Assembly (NCBI GenBank): GCA_963813675.1
Contig: CAWEZP010000003.1
Location: 23,378-87,377, forward strand
Length of the DNA stretch: 64,000 nucleotides
Direction: 5' to 3'
Source of the DNA: Candidatus Bathyarchaeota archaeon
GTDB taxonomy: Archaea; Thermoproteota; Bathyarchaeia; Bathyarchaeales; Bathycorpusculaceae
Below are positions 1-10,338 of this stretch, in pieces. The translations under genes were made by a program, and so were the position numbers. Numbering within the stretch: the first letter of the stretch is position 1; every line of letters starts with the position of its first letter. The notes beneath the pieces are model-generated. The model had not been told where the DNA came from. It saw only the letters and a list, made by a program, of their open reading frames with translations, and did not search any database.

Positions 1-294
1 ACCGTTACAGCAAACAACATTCAAACATTATCAGGACTCGTCAATAAATGGTTGGGACTCAACCAAAATAAAGTCGTCGAAGGCGCCTTAGAAATCACAG
101 TTAGAAATGGCAAAGCAGTTATGCCCCGCATAATGGAGCTTGCAACACAAAACAACATTTATGTAGAGTCTCTGTTTCTTCGTCAACCAAATCTTGAAGA
201 CGTTTTCCTACATTATACAGGCAAATCAATTCGGCAGGATTCAGGCAAAGAACTTCATGGCATGGCAGCTATCCAGAGGAGGGCAATAAAATGA
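1..294 (+). CDS. ABC-2/DrrA-type exporter ATP-binding subunit, C-terminal part (truncated by window edge)
   Basis: Frame open from base 1; C-terminal motif LRQPNLEDVFLHYTG typical of DrrA-family ATPases; overlaps the permease start. Confidence 0.85.
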   Translation, partial: TVTANNIQTLSGLVNKWLGLNQNKVVEGALEITVRNGKAVMPRIMELATQNNIYVESLFLRQPNLEDVFLHYTGKSIRQDSGKELHGMAAIQRRAIK

Positions 295-1064
295 GTGAAA
301 TTCGCGGAGTCTACACACTCTGGCTACGAGAAATCAAACGGTTCCTTAGGGACAGAACAAGGCTGGTTAGCATGTTTATTCAACCATTGCTTTGGCTTGT
401 CATATTCGGCGCAGGATTTGGTTTGCGGTTTACAATTCCAGGCTTAAGTTACCAGCAAGTGATTTTCCCAGGCATTGTTGCTCAAACATTGCTCTTTACT
501 TCAATGTTTATGGGAATAAGCGTGATTTGGGATAAAGAATTTGGTTTCATGAAAGAAATCCTCGTTTCCCCTATTTCCCGTTTCAGCATTTTTTTGGGAA
601 AAATGCTCGGAGATAGCTCATCTGCCTTTCTTCAAGGCATAATAGTTTTTTTCGTAGGAATTGCATTAGGCATGTCGATAGACCCCCTAACTTTCTTGTA
701 CGCGCTGCCAATTATGATTCTAATAACTTTTGGATTAGTCAGCATTGGTTTAACAATAGCCAGTTTCATGGGTAGCCTAGAAAGTTTTGGTGCTATTCAG
801 ACATTCATAAACTTGCCCTTATTCTTTTTGAGCGGCGCATTATTTCCTCTAAAAGGACCCGGTATCAACCTTCCTAGCTGGTTAACAGCCGCAGCCGCAT
901 GGAACCCATTAACATACGGAGTTGATGCATTAAGAACTGTAATTTTAGGCTCAGCTTGGACGCCTCTACAGATTCAGCCCTTGTGGCTAGATATAGGAAT
1001 CTTGGCTTTATTTGATGTAATAATGATTGCAATTGGAACCTGGGCCTTTAGTAGAATGAAGTAA
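291..1064 (+). CDS. ABC-2 type transporter permease
   Basis: About 6 TM segments; motifs DKEFGFMKEILVSP, FFLSGALFP, NPLTYGVDALR. Confidence 0.93.
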   Translation: MSEIRGVYTLWLREIKRFLRDRTRLVSMFIQPLLWLVIFGAGFGLRFTIPGLSYQQVIFPGIVAQTLLFTSMFMGISVIWDKEFGFMKEILVSPISRFSIFLGKMLGDSSSAFLQGIIVFFVGIALGMSIDPLTFLYALPIMILITFGLVSIGLTIASFMGSLESFGAIQTFINLPLFFLSGALFPLKGPGINLPSWLTAAAAWNPLTYGVDALRTVILGSAWTPLQIQPLWLDIGILALFDVIMIAIGTWAFSRMK

Positions 1065-1141
1065 TACACATGTCACTTGCAAAGAAACTATTGATTTAAG
1101 TTTAACCTTAAACCCGAAATCGAGCTCAGAAAAATTTATGT

Positions 1142-1429
1142 CTATTCTTTATTGGTCATTTCGTTAATTTGCTGTTCCATCGCGTGTCCACGACATAAAA
1201 CAACCACTTTTTTTAAGCCTGGAACTGTTTTTGCTGCATCGCGTAAGTCAGCTGAAAGTTTGAACGCAATCGGGCAGAATGGGCTTGTTGGAACGAATTC
1301 TACTGTGACTATTCCTGACTCGGTTTCTTTTACACTTTGAATCATCTGCATTTCTTCGAAGGTTTGCCCTGTTTCGGGGTCTTGAACTTTGCCAACTTCC
1401 ACACGTACTTTATCTTCAAGTTCAGTCAT
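1142..1429 (-). CDS. DUF59/SufT-like Fe-S cluster assembly protein
   Basis: Likely start MTELEDK at 1429; motifs VQDPETG and PTSPFCP. Confidence 0.85.
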   Translation of the reverse strand: MTELEDKVRVEVGKVQDPETGQTFEEMQMIQSVKETESGIVTVEFVPTSPFCPIAFKLSADLRDAAKTVPGLKKVVVLCRGHAMEQQINEMTNKE

Positions 1430-1527
1430 TTTTTCAACCTCTATTCTGATAAAAGAATATGAAGTGGAAATCCCATATAAACAGATTGATAGAAAATAAA
1501 TGCCATGGAATTTACCGGTGAGTTGCC

Positions 1528-1947
1528 TTGACGTTTGATAAATCCTGCATATTTTGCAAAATAGTTCACAAACAAGCACCCGCAAGCATCATCTACGAAG
1601 ATGAAACAGTGATAGTTTTCCTCGACCTGCGACCCTTAAACATGGGACATACGCTTGTAATACCGAAAGCACACTACGTCGATATCTTTGATACACCTGA
1701 AAAAGTGTTAGGACAAGTTCACAAAATCGCCAAAATAGTATCCTGCGCAATAAAAAAATCCACTGACGCCGACGGCATCAGTATCATCCAGCAGAACGGC
1801 AAAGCTGCAGGACAAGACATTTTTCACATTCATGTTCATATAGTTCCAAGGTTTGAAGGACAAAAACTGCCGCCATTTAGCGAACTCAAAGAAGTCGAAA
1901 GAGCCAAGTTAGACGCGATGGCGAAGAAAATAAAGCAGCACCTCTGA
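1528..1947 (+). CDS. HIT family nucleotide hydrolase
   Basis: CIFCKI zinc motif, GHTLVIPK, histidine triad HIHVHIVPR. Confidence 0.95.
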   Translation: MTFDKSCIFCKIVHKQAPASIIYEDETVIVFLDLRPLNMGHTLVIPKAHYVDIFDTPEKVLGQVHKIAKIVSCAIKKSTDADGISIIQQNGKAAGQDIFHIHVHIVPRFEGQKLPPFSELKEVERAKLDAMAKKIKQHL

Positions 1948-2143
1948 TCCAGCATTTTTAGGTTCGTGTTTTCAACTGCAATGGTTTATCAAAATGGTAT
2001 GGTGGATGCAAAACGTCAATATTCTTTTTCACGATTGCAGATTCGCTCAGTGCTAATTCTCTAAATGTGTATGCAGATTTAGAATAGGAAAAAGTTACAA
2101 GTAAAACTGCAGACTTGCATTGTAGAGTTTTAAGTCTTCTAGC

Positions 2144-3217
2144 TTAAGATTGGATTGTTTGATTGATTCTAAATATAATGAATTCTGCTGCCTTTACAGG
2201 CGCCACGCCGATAAGCACGTTTATTCTCCCGTTGTCGATGTCGTTTTGAGTCATGGTTGTCCTGTCACAATTTACAAAAAAAGCTTCCTGCTTTTTAGCA
2301 CCCAATAACATTCTATCTGTCCATGCTTGAGTAAGGAAATTCTCAATGGTTGATTTCATTTTATTCCAAGTTGCCTCATTGTTGGTTTCAAAAGTTGCCC
2401 ATGCGGTTCCCTTCTTGATTGATTGCTCAAGATAAATCAGTAGCCTACAAACGTTAACATATTTCTTAGTCGGGTCAATAGATAGTGTTCTGGCACCCCA
2501 CAAGAGTAATCCTTTGTCCGGAAAATTGCGGATACTGTTTATTGCTTGGAGATTAAGGCTGTCTTGCTGATACGATTTCAATGTAATCTCTATGCCCAAT
2601 GCACCGTGGACAACCTGGTTTGCTGGCGCTTTATGGACTCCAAATTCCATATCGGTGCGAGCATAAATTCCTGCCACATGCCCACCCATCGGAACCAAAC
2701 ACAACTTACCCGTCACGTTTTCCTTAACGTAAATCCATGGATAGTATAACGCTGCAAACGAAGAAGCCATAGGCTTAGTTACGCTGGATGAATCCTGACC
2801 TTTGAGAGAATCAAAAATAACAAAACGGTTTCTTAATCGTTCACAATGACTAATCAATAAGTCAGCCAAACCTGCTAAAGCTTGAGCGTTTGGAACGTAA
2901 ATAATTGAAGCATCCACAACTTCAAGTTTAGTGAGGGCAAGCGCATAATCCAAATCATTTACGCTGCTTACAAAACAACGTTTACCGCCGTTCCCAAAGA
3001 ACCCTTCTACAACATACGGTAAGTACTTGTCCACCCCAAAGTAACCGCCGAAAATCCTCTGATATTCAGCAAAGCTGGTAATGAGGGTGGGGGTGGATGG
3101 ACCCGTTTGAGTTTCCCCTAAAAAAGCAGCAGTGCTTGTGCCTACACCCTCGATTGATTGCGGCTGAATCCTAATGTCCTGTACAAATACTCCTGTTTTT
3201 ATTGGTAAGCGGCTCAT
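2144..3217 (-). CDS. Contractile tail sheath protein (phage/eCIS Afp2-4 like), orphan
   Basis: N-term GVFVQD..SIEGVGTSTAAFLGET; FAALYYPWI; GHVAGIYARTD..GVHKAPAN; WGARTL; YVNVCRL; C-term GVAPVKAAEFIIFRI. Confidence 0.92.
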   Translation of the reverse strand: MSRLPIKTGVFVQDIRIQPQSIEGVGTSTAAFLGETQTGPSTPTLITSFAEYQRIFGGYFGVDKYLPYVVEGFFGNGGKRCFVSSVNDLDYALALTKLEVVDASIIYVPNAQALAGLADLLISHCERLRNRFVIFDSLKGQDSSSVTKPMASSFAALYYPWIYVKENVTGKLCLVPMGGHVAGIYARTDMEFGVHKAPANQVVHGALGIEITLKSYQQDSLNLQAINSIRNFPDKGLLLWGARTLSIDPTKKYVNVCRLLIYLEQSIKKGTAWATFETNNEATWNKMKSTIENFLTQAWTDRMLLGAKKQEAFFVNCDRTTMTQNDIDNGRINVLIGVAPVKAAEFIIFRINQTIQS

Positions 3218-3486
3218 AAGTTAAGATTAACAAGCAGTCGTTTTTGTGCATATTGGTATCCACGAGAATCGCCCACAACACTTATTGAACTTTTTTATTA
3301 ACACTTGATTCAATACAGCAATGACTTGAAAACAGCCAACACTGAAATACCCTTCTTGAATTTTATTAGAATCTTTATCTTGCTCAGTTAGCTTCCTAAA
3401 CTTCAAAAGTTGTTTTTTCAACAATAGTTAAAAGACTTGATTGTAGTTATTTTTTCAAAAAGCTGATGAGGCATTTAGAAAAAAAA

Positions 3487-4620
3487 TTGTCACTTAAAAC
3501 CCATTTCAAAAAACATCCCGCGTCCTATTTCATTTTAGCGGCTACGATCGCAATTGTTATTTCATTAATTTCTGCACCAGCGTTTTCAATATCTTAAAAC
3601 CAATGCAGTTCCTTCCATGGTTCACTTTACAATATGCAATTGGATATCGTTGAGGACAGTAGCCAAAACGTAATTCCCTCAAATATACAAGTGGGGCAAA
3701 CTCAGACAATCACTGTTATTATAGAAAACGTCAACAACTCGCCAAGACACAACTTGTTTTCAACCGTAACAGTAACCTTAACGTCCCAAAACAATCACTT
3801 CTCTGTGAATACGCCAACCTGCAATGTAGGCTCCCTGCCAACTGGCACAGCAACTGCAACTTGGAAAATAACTGGTGTTTCGCAGGGGTCAGACGTTCTA
3901 TTAATTTCAGCTTCAGCTACAAATACGCATGAAAATTTACAGTTTTCAGATAGTTATTCGCCTAGTTCCTCGATAACTGTTACGCCTAACTTAAACCCGG
4001 GCTCTACACCAACTCCTACTCAAACAACAACTGATCCGCCCTCACCGACAAATAACCCCTCAACTACCAACACACCTACCCAAACACAAACGGTGACTCC
4101 CATCCCAACATACACTAAAACACCTACGCCAACTTCGAACTCGCATACTACAGTAGCACCAACTACTCAACCATCACCCAACACCACATTGTCAACACCT
4201 CAACCTGGACAAAACTCACAATCACCGCCAAATCCAACAGCATCTCCAGATCCACTTAACTCCCCAATGCTCTACATCCACCCGCCTATAGCCATAATTG
4301 GTTATTTCTTAGTTTTCTTGTTTGCAATACTTGTATTCAAGAACAATTATTTTGATAGAAAAATTGTCAAAATGACAGGTATCATAGTTTGGATCTTCAC
4401 ATTCCTAGGATTATTCACGGGAATGGTATGGGCGCAATTGGCTTTAGGAAGCTACTGGTCCTGGGACCCCAAAGAAATAATGACGCTTACTTTGTTCCTA
4501 ACCGTTTCCGTTGGGCAACTTTTGTACTACGAAAAGAAAAACACCGCTACAAAATGGCTAGCGTTGATCTCGTGTGCTTTAGTTATCCTGACGGGGCTAA
4601 GCAGTTCCATACTTGCTTGA
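3487..4620 (+). pseudogene. Secreted Ig-like/Pro-Thr-linker protein fused to a CcmF/CcsA-type heme-handling (WWD) membrane domain; in-frame stop at 3595 after the signal peptide
   Basis: TTG 3487 gives a signal-like peptide, then TAA 3595-3597, then QCSSFHG in frame with ORF 3634..4620; C-term MLYIHPPIAIIGY and GMVWAQLALGSYWSWDPKE. Confidence 0.7.
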
Positions 4621-4666
4621 TTTCAACTTTGACTCTTAATGCAATGTGGAGAAACTCGTCTGTTCT

Positions 4667-5113
4667 TCAACTATAAGAATTAGCTTTCTCTAATTTTTCC
4701 TTGTTTTGATTAAAGAAAGCCCTAAAAGAAGCAGTCAAATAGTAATTTTCAACTTCACTAAAATGAACCCAACGTAGCTCTGCGGCATCGCTTGCAGCTT
4801 GAATAGTTCCAGTTTTGACTTGAACGAGGTAGTCGATGATGACGAAATGGTATTTTACTTTGCCTTGTTCATCCAAATCTACATTGTCTACAACGCCCAT
4901 CAAGGTTGGGTTTTCGACCTCTAGGCATGTCTCTTCTTTGGTTTCGCGGATAACGGCAGCTTCGAGGTTTTCGCCAAGTTCAACTAAGCCGCCGGGGATG
5001 GTCCATTTGCCTTTACTGGGTTCGTTTCCGCGTTTTATCAGTGCTATTTTGCCCTCTTTGATTATTACTGCGCCGACGCCAACAGCAGGTTGGTCAGGGT
5101 ACAAGCGTTTCAT
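4667..5113 (-). CDS. NUDIX hydrolase
   Basis: Nudix box GGLVELGENLEAAVIRETKEETCL. Confidence 0.95.
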   Translation of the reverse strand: MKRLYPDQPAVGVGAVIIKEGKIALIKRGNEPSKGKWTIPGGLVELGENLEAAVIRETKEETCLEVENPTLMGVVDNVDLDEQGKVKYHFVIIDYLVQVKTGTIQAASDAAELRWVHFSEVENYYLTASFRAFFNQNKEKLEKANSYS

Positions 5114-5222
5114 GCAGAATCCTCAAGATACGGTGTTATTCGTTCCTTAAAACTGATATGATTTATTTTTGAAAAAGTCTAATATTTAAATAAAGAAAAA
5201 AAGAATTGTGCCGTAGAAAACC

Positions 5223-6560
5223 TTACTCATATCGTAAGGCTTCTACTGGCTTTAGCTTGGATGCACGCCACGCGGGATACAATGCAAAGATTACGCTTAC
5301 ACCCACACCGAATGCCAGAGCACCAACTAAGACTTCGGGAGTTAGAAGTGGTGTTATTCTGAATCCACCGCCACTGCCGAAAACTCCTGAACCTAAAACT
5401 TGAGCAGTAATATTTGCTAAGATCCAGCCAAGTATTATGCCGACTACTGCGCCGATTAAGCCTATTATTATTGATTCGCCAAGGAATATTGTTAGAACAG
5501 TTCTGCTTTTCATGCCTAAGGCTTTGAGTATGCCGATTTCACGAGTTCGCTCAATTAATGAGACAATCATGATGTTCATTATTCCTATGCCTGCAACTAA
5601 CAATGAGATTGCAGCGATACCGCCAAGGAATAGCTGTAGTAGACTGAAGATGCTTGTAAGCAAACTGAGAACCGCTGTCGAGGATATTACGGACACTTGG
5701 TTGCTAAAGTGGTCAGTTATGGCTTTGGTAACGTTGGTTATGGTTGCATTGTCACTGTTCTTTAGAGTGACTATTATCATGTCACATTGGTTTGTTCCAA
5801 AGAAGCTCTCCGCTTTATTCAATGGAATATAAACACCAGTGTCTGATGGTCCGCCTATGCCGAAACCGCCAATTCTCGGAAGAACGCCTGAAACGTCAGC
5901 TATGTATGTTTCGTTAATTGGAGGTAAGACTGTTGCGTTGGTCCAAGTTAGGTTGATTGTCTCACCTGCGTTGAAGAATATAGTTCCGTTTTGTCCTGGC
6001 TGATTTATGCGGGTTCCAACAATGACCTGATTATCTGATGGATTTGTGGGTATGGTTCCGCTTGCCGCTACGAAAGTGGTAGTATAGACTTTTGAATAGT
6101 TATTGAAATCCACGCCATAGATGGTTACAGTGCGGTTTAAATTGTCAGTTTGTACATAGCCTGATCGGCTAATGATAGCGATTGAACTTACAATGTCGGT
6201 TGATAATGCATCAATATCGCTAGTATAATTTACGTAGAGTTTGAAGCCTGAGTTGTCTGTGGTTCCGCCTCCGAAGCCTCCTCCTCCGCCTCCTGGGCTT
6301 CCACCGCCAAAGCCTCCACCATCGGATGCCCCGCCTGCTCCACCGAGAAAGCCACCGCTGCCCGGCGTCACAATTAAAGTATTGGCAGATAATCCTTGAT
6401 TAAGCTGGCCTGTTATCGTGGCTTGTAGACCTTGGGTTATAGATAAAAGTGCAACTATAGCTGCGATGCCTATGATAACGCCCAATGTAGTTAATGCTGC
6501 ACGAAGCTTTCGAAGCTTAATTGCACTAAACGAGTAACCAAAAATATCTACTGTCTTCAT
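5223..6560 (-). CDS. MacB/FtsX-family ABC transporter permease
   Basis: LTTLGVIIGIAAIVAL, GIMNIMIVSLIERTREIGILKALG, YPAWRASKLKPVEALRYE. Confidence 0.95.
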   Translation of the reverse strand: MKTVDIFGYSFSAIKLRKLRAALTTLGVIIGIAAIVALLSITQGLQATITGQLNQGLSANTLIVTPGSGGFLGGAGGASDGGGFGGGSPGGGGGGFGGGTTDNSGFKLYVNYTSDIDALSTDIVSSIAIISRSGYVQTDNLNRTVTIYGVDFNNYSKVYTTTFVAASGTIPTNPSDNQVIVGTRINQPGQNGTIFFNAGETINLTWTNATVLPPINETYIADVSGVLPRIGGFGIGGPSDTGVYIPLNKAESFFGTNQCDMIIVTLKNSDNATITNVTKAITDHFSNQVSVISSTAVLSLLTSIFSLLQLFLGGIAAISLLVAGIGIMNIMIVSLIERTREIGILKALGMKSRTVLTIFLGESIIIGLIGAVVGIILGWILANITAQVLGSGVFGSGGGFRITPLLTPEVLVGALAFGVGVSVIFALYPAWRASKLKPVEALRYE

Positions 6561-7255
6561 TCTTTATTCACCACTTCAGCTGTTATTTCACCATCAAACA
6601 TTTGCACAGTTCTGTTTGCTTCCCTAGCTAAATGTTGGTCATGAGTGACCATTATAATGCTCACTTTGTTTTCAACATTGAGTTTCTTTATTAGAGCTAG
6701 AACCTCGCTTGCAGTTTTGGAATCTACGTTTCCAGTGGGTTCATCAAGCAAAAGGAACTTGGGATTATTTGCCAATGCACGTGCAATGGCCACGCGTTGC
6801 TGCTGTCCACCGCTTAATTCAGCGGGTTTATGGTTTACTCGGTCTTTCAGACCTACGGTTTCTAAAAGTTCTATTGCATGTTTCTTTCTCTCTGCTTTGC
6901 CCATGTTAGCTATTGACATGGATAATTCCACGTTATCTCTAGCTGTTAACCTTGGAATTAAATTAAAAAACTGGAAAACAAATCCAATCTTAAGTCTTAA
7001 CTCTGCGAGTTGGTTATCATTTAATTTAGAGATGTCCACACCGTCGATTAGCAAGGTGCCTGAAGTTGGCTTGTCTAAGGCGCCAATCAGATTGAGCATA
7101 GTTGATTTGCCACTTCCAGATGGGCCAAGTATGGATATGAAGTCTCCGCTTTCCACTTTGAGGTTTACTCCTCGGAGGGCTTCAACTGGGACTTTTCCCA
7201 GCATGTAAGTTTTTGTGACGAGAGTCGCTTCTACGACTGGAACTGATTTTGACAT
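6557..7255 (-). CDS. LolD/MacB-type ABC ATP-binding protein
   Basis: Walker A GPSGSGKS, LSGGQQQR, Walker B LLLDEPTGN. Confidence 0.95.
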   Translation of the reverse strand: MSKSVPVVEATLVTKTYMLGKVPVEALRGVNLKVESGDFISILGPSGSGKSTMLNLIGALDKPTSGTLLIDGVDISKLNDNQLAELRLKIGFVFQFFNLIPRLTARDNVELSMSIANMGKAERKKHAIELLETVGLKDRVNHKPAELSGGQQQRVAIARALANNPKFLLLDEPTGNVDSKTASEVLALIKKLNVENKVSIIMVTHDQHLAREANRTVQMFDGEITAEVVNKE

Positions 7256-7394
7256 TATTTTTTTCGCTTCCTATAGATTTTTCATTAAACAAGGAAATGT
7301 TTCCTTCTTATAAGGACTAGTTAAATCTAAAAAAATGGTTACTTTGCCATTACTACCCTCAAGATACAATGAGAGATTGTGACATCAGAAGTTA

Positions 7395-8069
7395 TCAATT
7401 TATGACTGTGCCAACAGTCTCTCCATTAATCGCAGCCAACAAGTTCTCAGGCTTAAATCCATTCACAACAACCAACTTAAGCCTCTTGCGTTTAAGGACT
7501 TTGAGAGCTTCAGGATCAATAATCTGATGAATCCCCGCTTTATGCACACTTCCTTCAAATATTTTAGCTAAATCCTCAATTGACAAACGGTCGAGTTTTA
7601 TAGCGTCGGGGTGTTTTCTTGGGTCTTTGTCAAAAACGCCGTCTTGGTCAGTGCCTTTAACAAGTAAATCCGCTTCTATCCGTTCAGCAACCAACGCTGC
7701 TACCGCGTCGGTAGTTATTCCAGGCTTTAAACCTCCCATAACAACAACTTTGCCCTCCGAGAGGCATTGGGCAGCCTCATCAAGCGTTATAGCTATCTTG
7801 TTGCAACCTGATTCGCCAATTTTTTTAAGGAAAAGTTGCGCAAATAAACGGGAACAAGAAATTGCAATTTCGTCTTGCGCAGTCATGTCCAAGCCTAATT
7901 TTTTAGCGATGCCGATGAATTCCCTAGCTAATGCGCCGCCGCCCAAAACTACCGCAACTTCGTGTCCGTGCTGCTTTATGGTTTTTATTATGTCGGCGTA
8001 TTTTCCCATTAGATCCGTGTTTATTGGTGATGCGACAACAGAACCGCCTATTCGAACAACTATACGCAT
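7395..8069 (-). CDS. pyrH: UMP kinase
   Basis: RIGGS, GGGALAR, PGITTDAVAA, DGVFDKDPRK motifs of archaeal PyrH. Confidence 0.92.
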   Translation of the reverse strand: MRIVVRIGGSVVASPINTDLMGKYADIIKTIKQHGHEVAVVLGGGALAREFIGIAKKLGLDMTAQDEIAISCSRLFAQLFLKKIGESGCNKIAITLDEAAQCLSEGKVVVMGGLKPGITTDAVAALVAERIEADLLVKGTDQDGVFDKDPRKHPDAIKLDRLSIEDLAKIFEGSVHKAGIHQIIDPEALKVLKRKRLKLVVVNGFKPENLLAAINGETVGTVIN

Positions 8070-8224
8070 AATTGGCCATCCTTTACAGGCTTACAATGTG
8101 CAATAGAGTTAAAAATCTTTAACATCACTTAATCCTGCATTTAACACAAGTCCAAGAAATAAGGTAGATTGAAAGGCTTAATTGCTTATTACTTGATAAT
8201 CGCTGAAATCAAAGGCATCTTGGT

Positions 8225-9058
8225 TTAGCTTGTTAAGCGTTTCTTCATTAAGTTAATGCTTAAAATAAAGAAGAACACTGTTACCCCGATTATCCAAGCA
8301 AAACTTATGGCAATTAACGCTACAGGATTCAGCCCGAGAATTGATTCAAGATGGCCTGAAACAAGTCCTCTTGTCAAGTTTACAACATGAGTTAACGGTA
8401 AAACTGCCATTGCAACTCCCTGTGCCGCTGAAGGTAGAGAGGTCAATGGGAAGAAGGTGCCGCATAAAAAGAACATCGGCGTCAGAAACAAGAAAGAGGG
8501 GAAATTGAAGAAGTCAATGTTTGGCGCAATTGAAGTAAAGCACATAGCCATAGACGCAAACATCAGTCCGCCAAAGAAAGCAAGAGGTATAACTAGAAGA
8601 AACAACGGACTTGAAACTAAGCCGAAAGCCGCAACCACCGCCAACACAATAGTCGTGTTAAAAGTAGCTCGTGTTGCCCCCCAAAGGAGTTCTCCCGCAA
8701 CAACTTCTTCAACGCTAACGGGTGTGGCGACGATGGCATCGAAGGTTTTTTGGAAGTACATTCGTACAAACGATGCAAAAGTGCATTCAAAGAATGAACC
8801 ATTCATGACTGAAATAGCCACCAGCGCAGGTGCAATAAAGGCAATATACGATTGACCCTGGATGCTTGGGATAAAACCGCCAAGTCCGAATCCGAACGCC
8901 AACAGGTAGAGGATGGGTTCGAGTAGCGAGGGTAGAAAGTTGACTCTTATGGTTTTAGTGAAGACATCAAAGTTGCGGTGCCAAACCTTCCAAACCCTAT
9001 ACGATAATTTGGGAATGGCGAAACGTGCTGGCGACTTACGAATGTTTGGGTTACTCAT
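8225..9058 (-). CDS. NodJ-like ABC-2 permease
   Basis: LLEPILYLLAFGFGLG, QKTFDAIVATP, PMFFLCGTFFP. Confidence 0.9.
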   Translation of the reverse strand: MSNPNIRKSPARFAIPKLSYRVWKVWHRNFDVFTKTIRVNFLPSLLEPILYLLAFGFGLGGFIPSIQGQSYIAFIAPALVAISVMNGSFFECTFASFVRMYFQKTFDAIVATPVSVEEVVAGELLWGATRATFNTTIVLAVVAAFGLVSSPLFLLVIPLAFFGGLMFASMAMCFTSIAPNIDFFNFPSFLFLTPMFFLCGTFFPLTSLPSAAQGVAMAVLPLTHVVNLTRGLVSGHLESILGLNPVALIAISFAWIIGVTVFFFILSINLMKKRLTS

Positions 9059-9981
9059 TCTTCACGCAATCCCCTTCCAGTCAATTTAAGAAAAACATCT
9101 TCAATGTTGGCTTTTCGGATGGTTACGTTTTGCAGTGGATGATCTTTTAAGTACCCTTCAAAAACCCCGTGGGGCTTATTAGTAAAGATTTGCATTCGCT
9201 CGCCGAGTTTTTCGAAGCGCGCGTCAGGAAAAGCCTCTTTTAGGGTTTGAAGAAGCTTCTCATCGAAGTCAAGTTCCAAAACATCTTCTCCAATGTGTTT
9301 CTTCACAAGTTCCGCGGGTTTGCCTTCTTCAATGATTTTGCCCTTGTCTACAATTAGGATTCTATCGCAAAGAACTTCGGCTTCATCCATATAGTGAGTA
9401 GTCAAAATTATTGTGACCTGATTCTTTTTTAGGTGGCGCACTTCATCCCACACAAGATGCCTTGCTTGAGGATCCAAACCTGTTGTGGGCTCATCTAAAA
9501 GGAGAATCTTTGGTTGATTTAGTAGGGCTCTGGCAAAAATCAACCTTCGTTTCATACCTGTTGACAACGCCATAATGGGGGCATCCCTTTTTTCTTCTAA
9601 CTGGAAAAATTTCAGTTGCTCGTCAGCTCTTTTTATGGCGATTTCTTTTGGTATGTCAAAATAGCGGGCGTAAACGGTCAAGTTCTTTATAACGGTGAAG
9701 TCAGGGTCTAAATTGTCTTCTTGTGGAGCCACGCCAATTATTTCCTTTATTTCTCTGCACTGTGTTTTGACGCTTAATCCTGCAACGGTCAATTCTCCAT
9801 CTGTCGGTGGCGAAAAACAGTAAATCATTCTAACTGTGGTTGTTTTTCCTGCGCCGTTAGGACCTAAGAAACCGACGCATTCACCCTTGTAAACCTTAAA
9901 GTCAATATGATCCACTGCCATAAAACTGTCGAATTTCTTGGTTAAGCTTTTAGCTTCGATCATAACTTCGCGGGAACTCAT
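9055..9981 (-). CDS. NodI-like ABC ATP-binding protein
   Basis: GPNGAGKTT, PQEDNLDPDFTV, LSTGMKRR, DEPTTGLDPQAR. Confidence 0.93.
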   Translation of the reverse strand: MSSREVMIEAKSLTKKFDSFMAVDHIDFKVYKGECVGFLGPNGAGKTTTVRMIYCFSPPTDGELTVAGLSVKTQCREIKEIIGVAPQEDNLDPDFTVIKNLTVYARYFDIPKEIAIKRADEQLKFFQLEEKRDAPIMALSTGMKRRLIFARALLNQPKILLLDEPTTGLDPQARHLVWDEVRHLKKNQVTIILTTHYMDEAEVLCDRILIVDKGKIIEEGKPAELVKKHIGEDVLELDFDEKLLQTLKEAFPDARFEKLGERMQIFTNKPHGVFEGYLKDHPLQNVTIRKANIEDVFLKLTGRGLREE

Positions 9982-10029
9982 AACGCAATCAGAACTAGAT
10001 TTGCAGTCGCCAACTTAAAACTAACGATT

Positions 10030-10266
10030 TTAAGGTTTGCCTGAAATGTACTGGCAGTAACCAAAACTGATGGGCCCTTTCTTGGTAGTTTCGCATGGAA
10101 ATTCTATACATTCAAAACAAAGTTTTACTCCTTTTGTGAATGCGCAGTTGCAAATTAGGCAGAATTTGTTTTCTCTTGCTACGCAACCAACCTCTCCATT
10201 CGGGCACGTGCCTTCCTGCATTTTTGGGCATTTCTCGCACGCGATACCACAAACACCAATCTTCAT
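10030..10266 (-). CDS. Small Cys-rich protein (DUF3795-like, probable metal/Fe-S binding)
   Basis: Start MKIGVCGIACEKCP; C-term CLICNCA..CFECIEFPC pattern. Confidence 0.75.
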   Translation of the reverse strand: MKIGVCGIACEKCPKMQEGTCPNGEVGCVARENKFCLICNCAFTKGVKLCFECIEFPCETTKKGPISFGYCQYISGKP

Positions 10267-10338
10267 TTTTAACCTCTTCAGTTTATTCGAGTAACCATAG
10301 TTCTGCTCATTTATAGTGTTTTTAACCATTTTTAATCT

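Noticed and set aside
3227..3424. ORF upstream of the sheath as a second eCIS gene
   Set aside because: 65 aa, AT-rich, with no tube, DUF4255 or baseplate motif recognisable.
6255..6365. GC-rich repetitive tract in the MacB permease
   Set aside because: Encodes a Gly-rich linker common in this family; not an RNA element.
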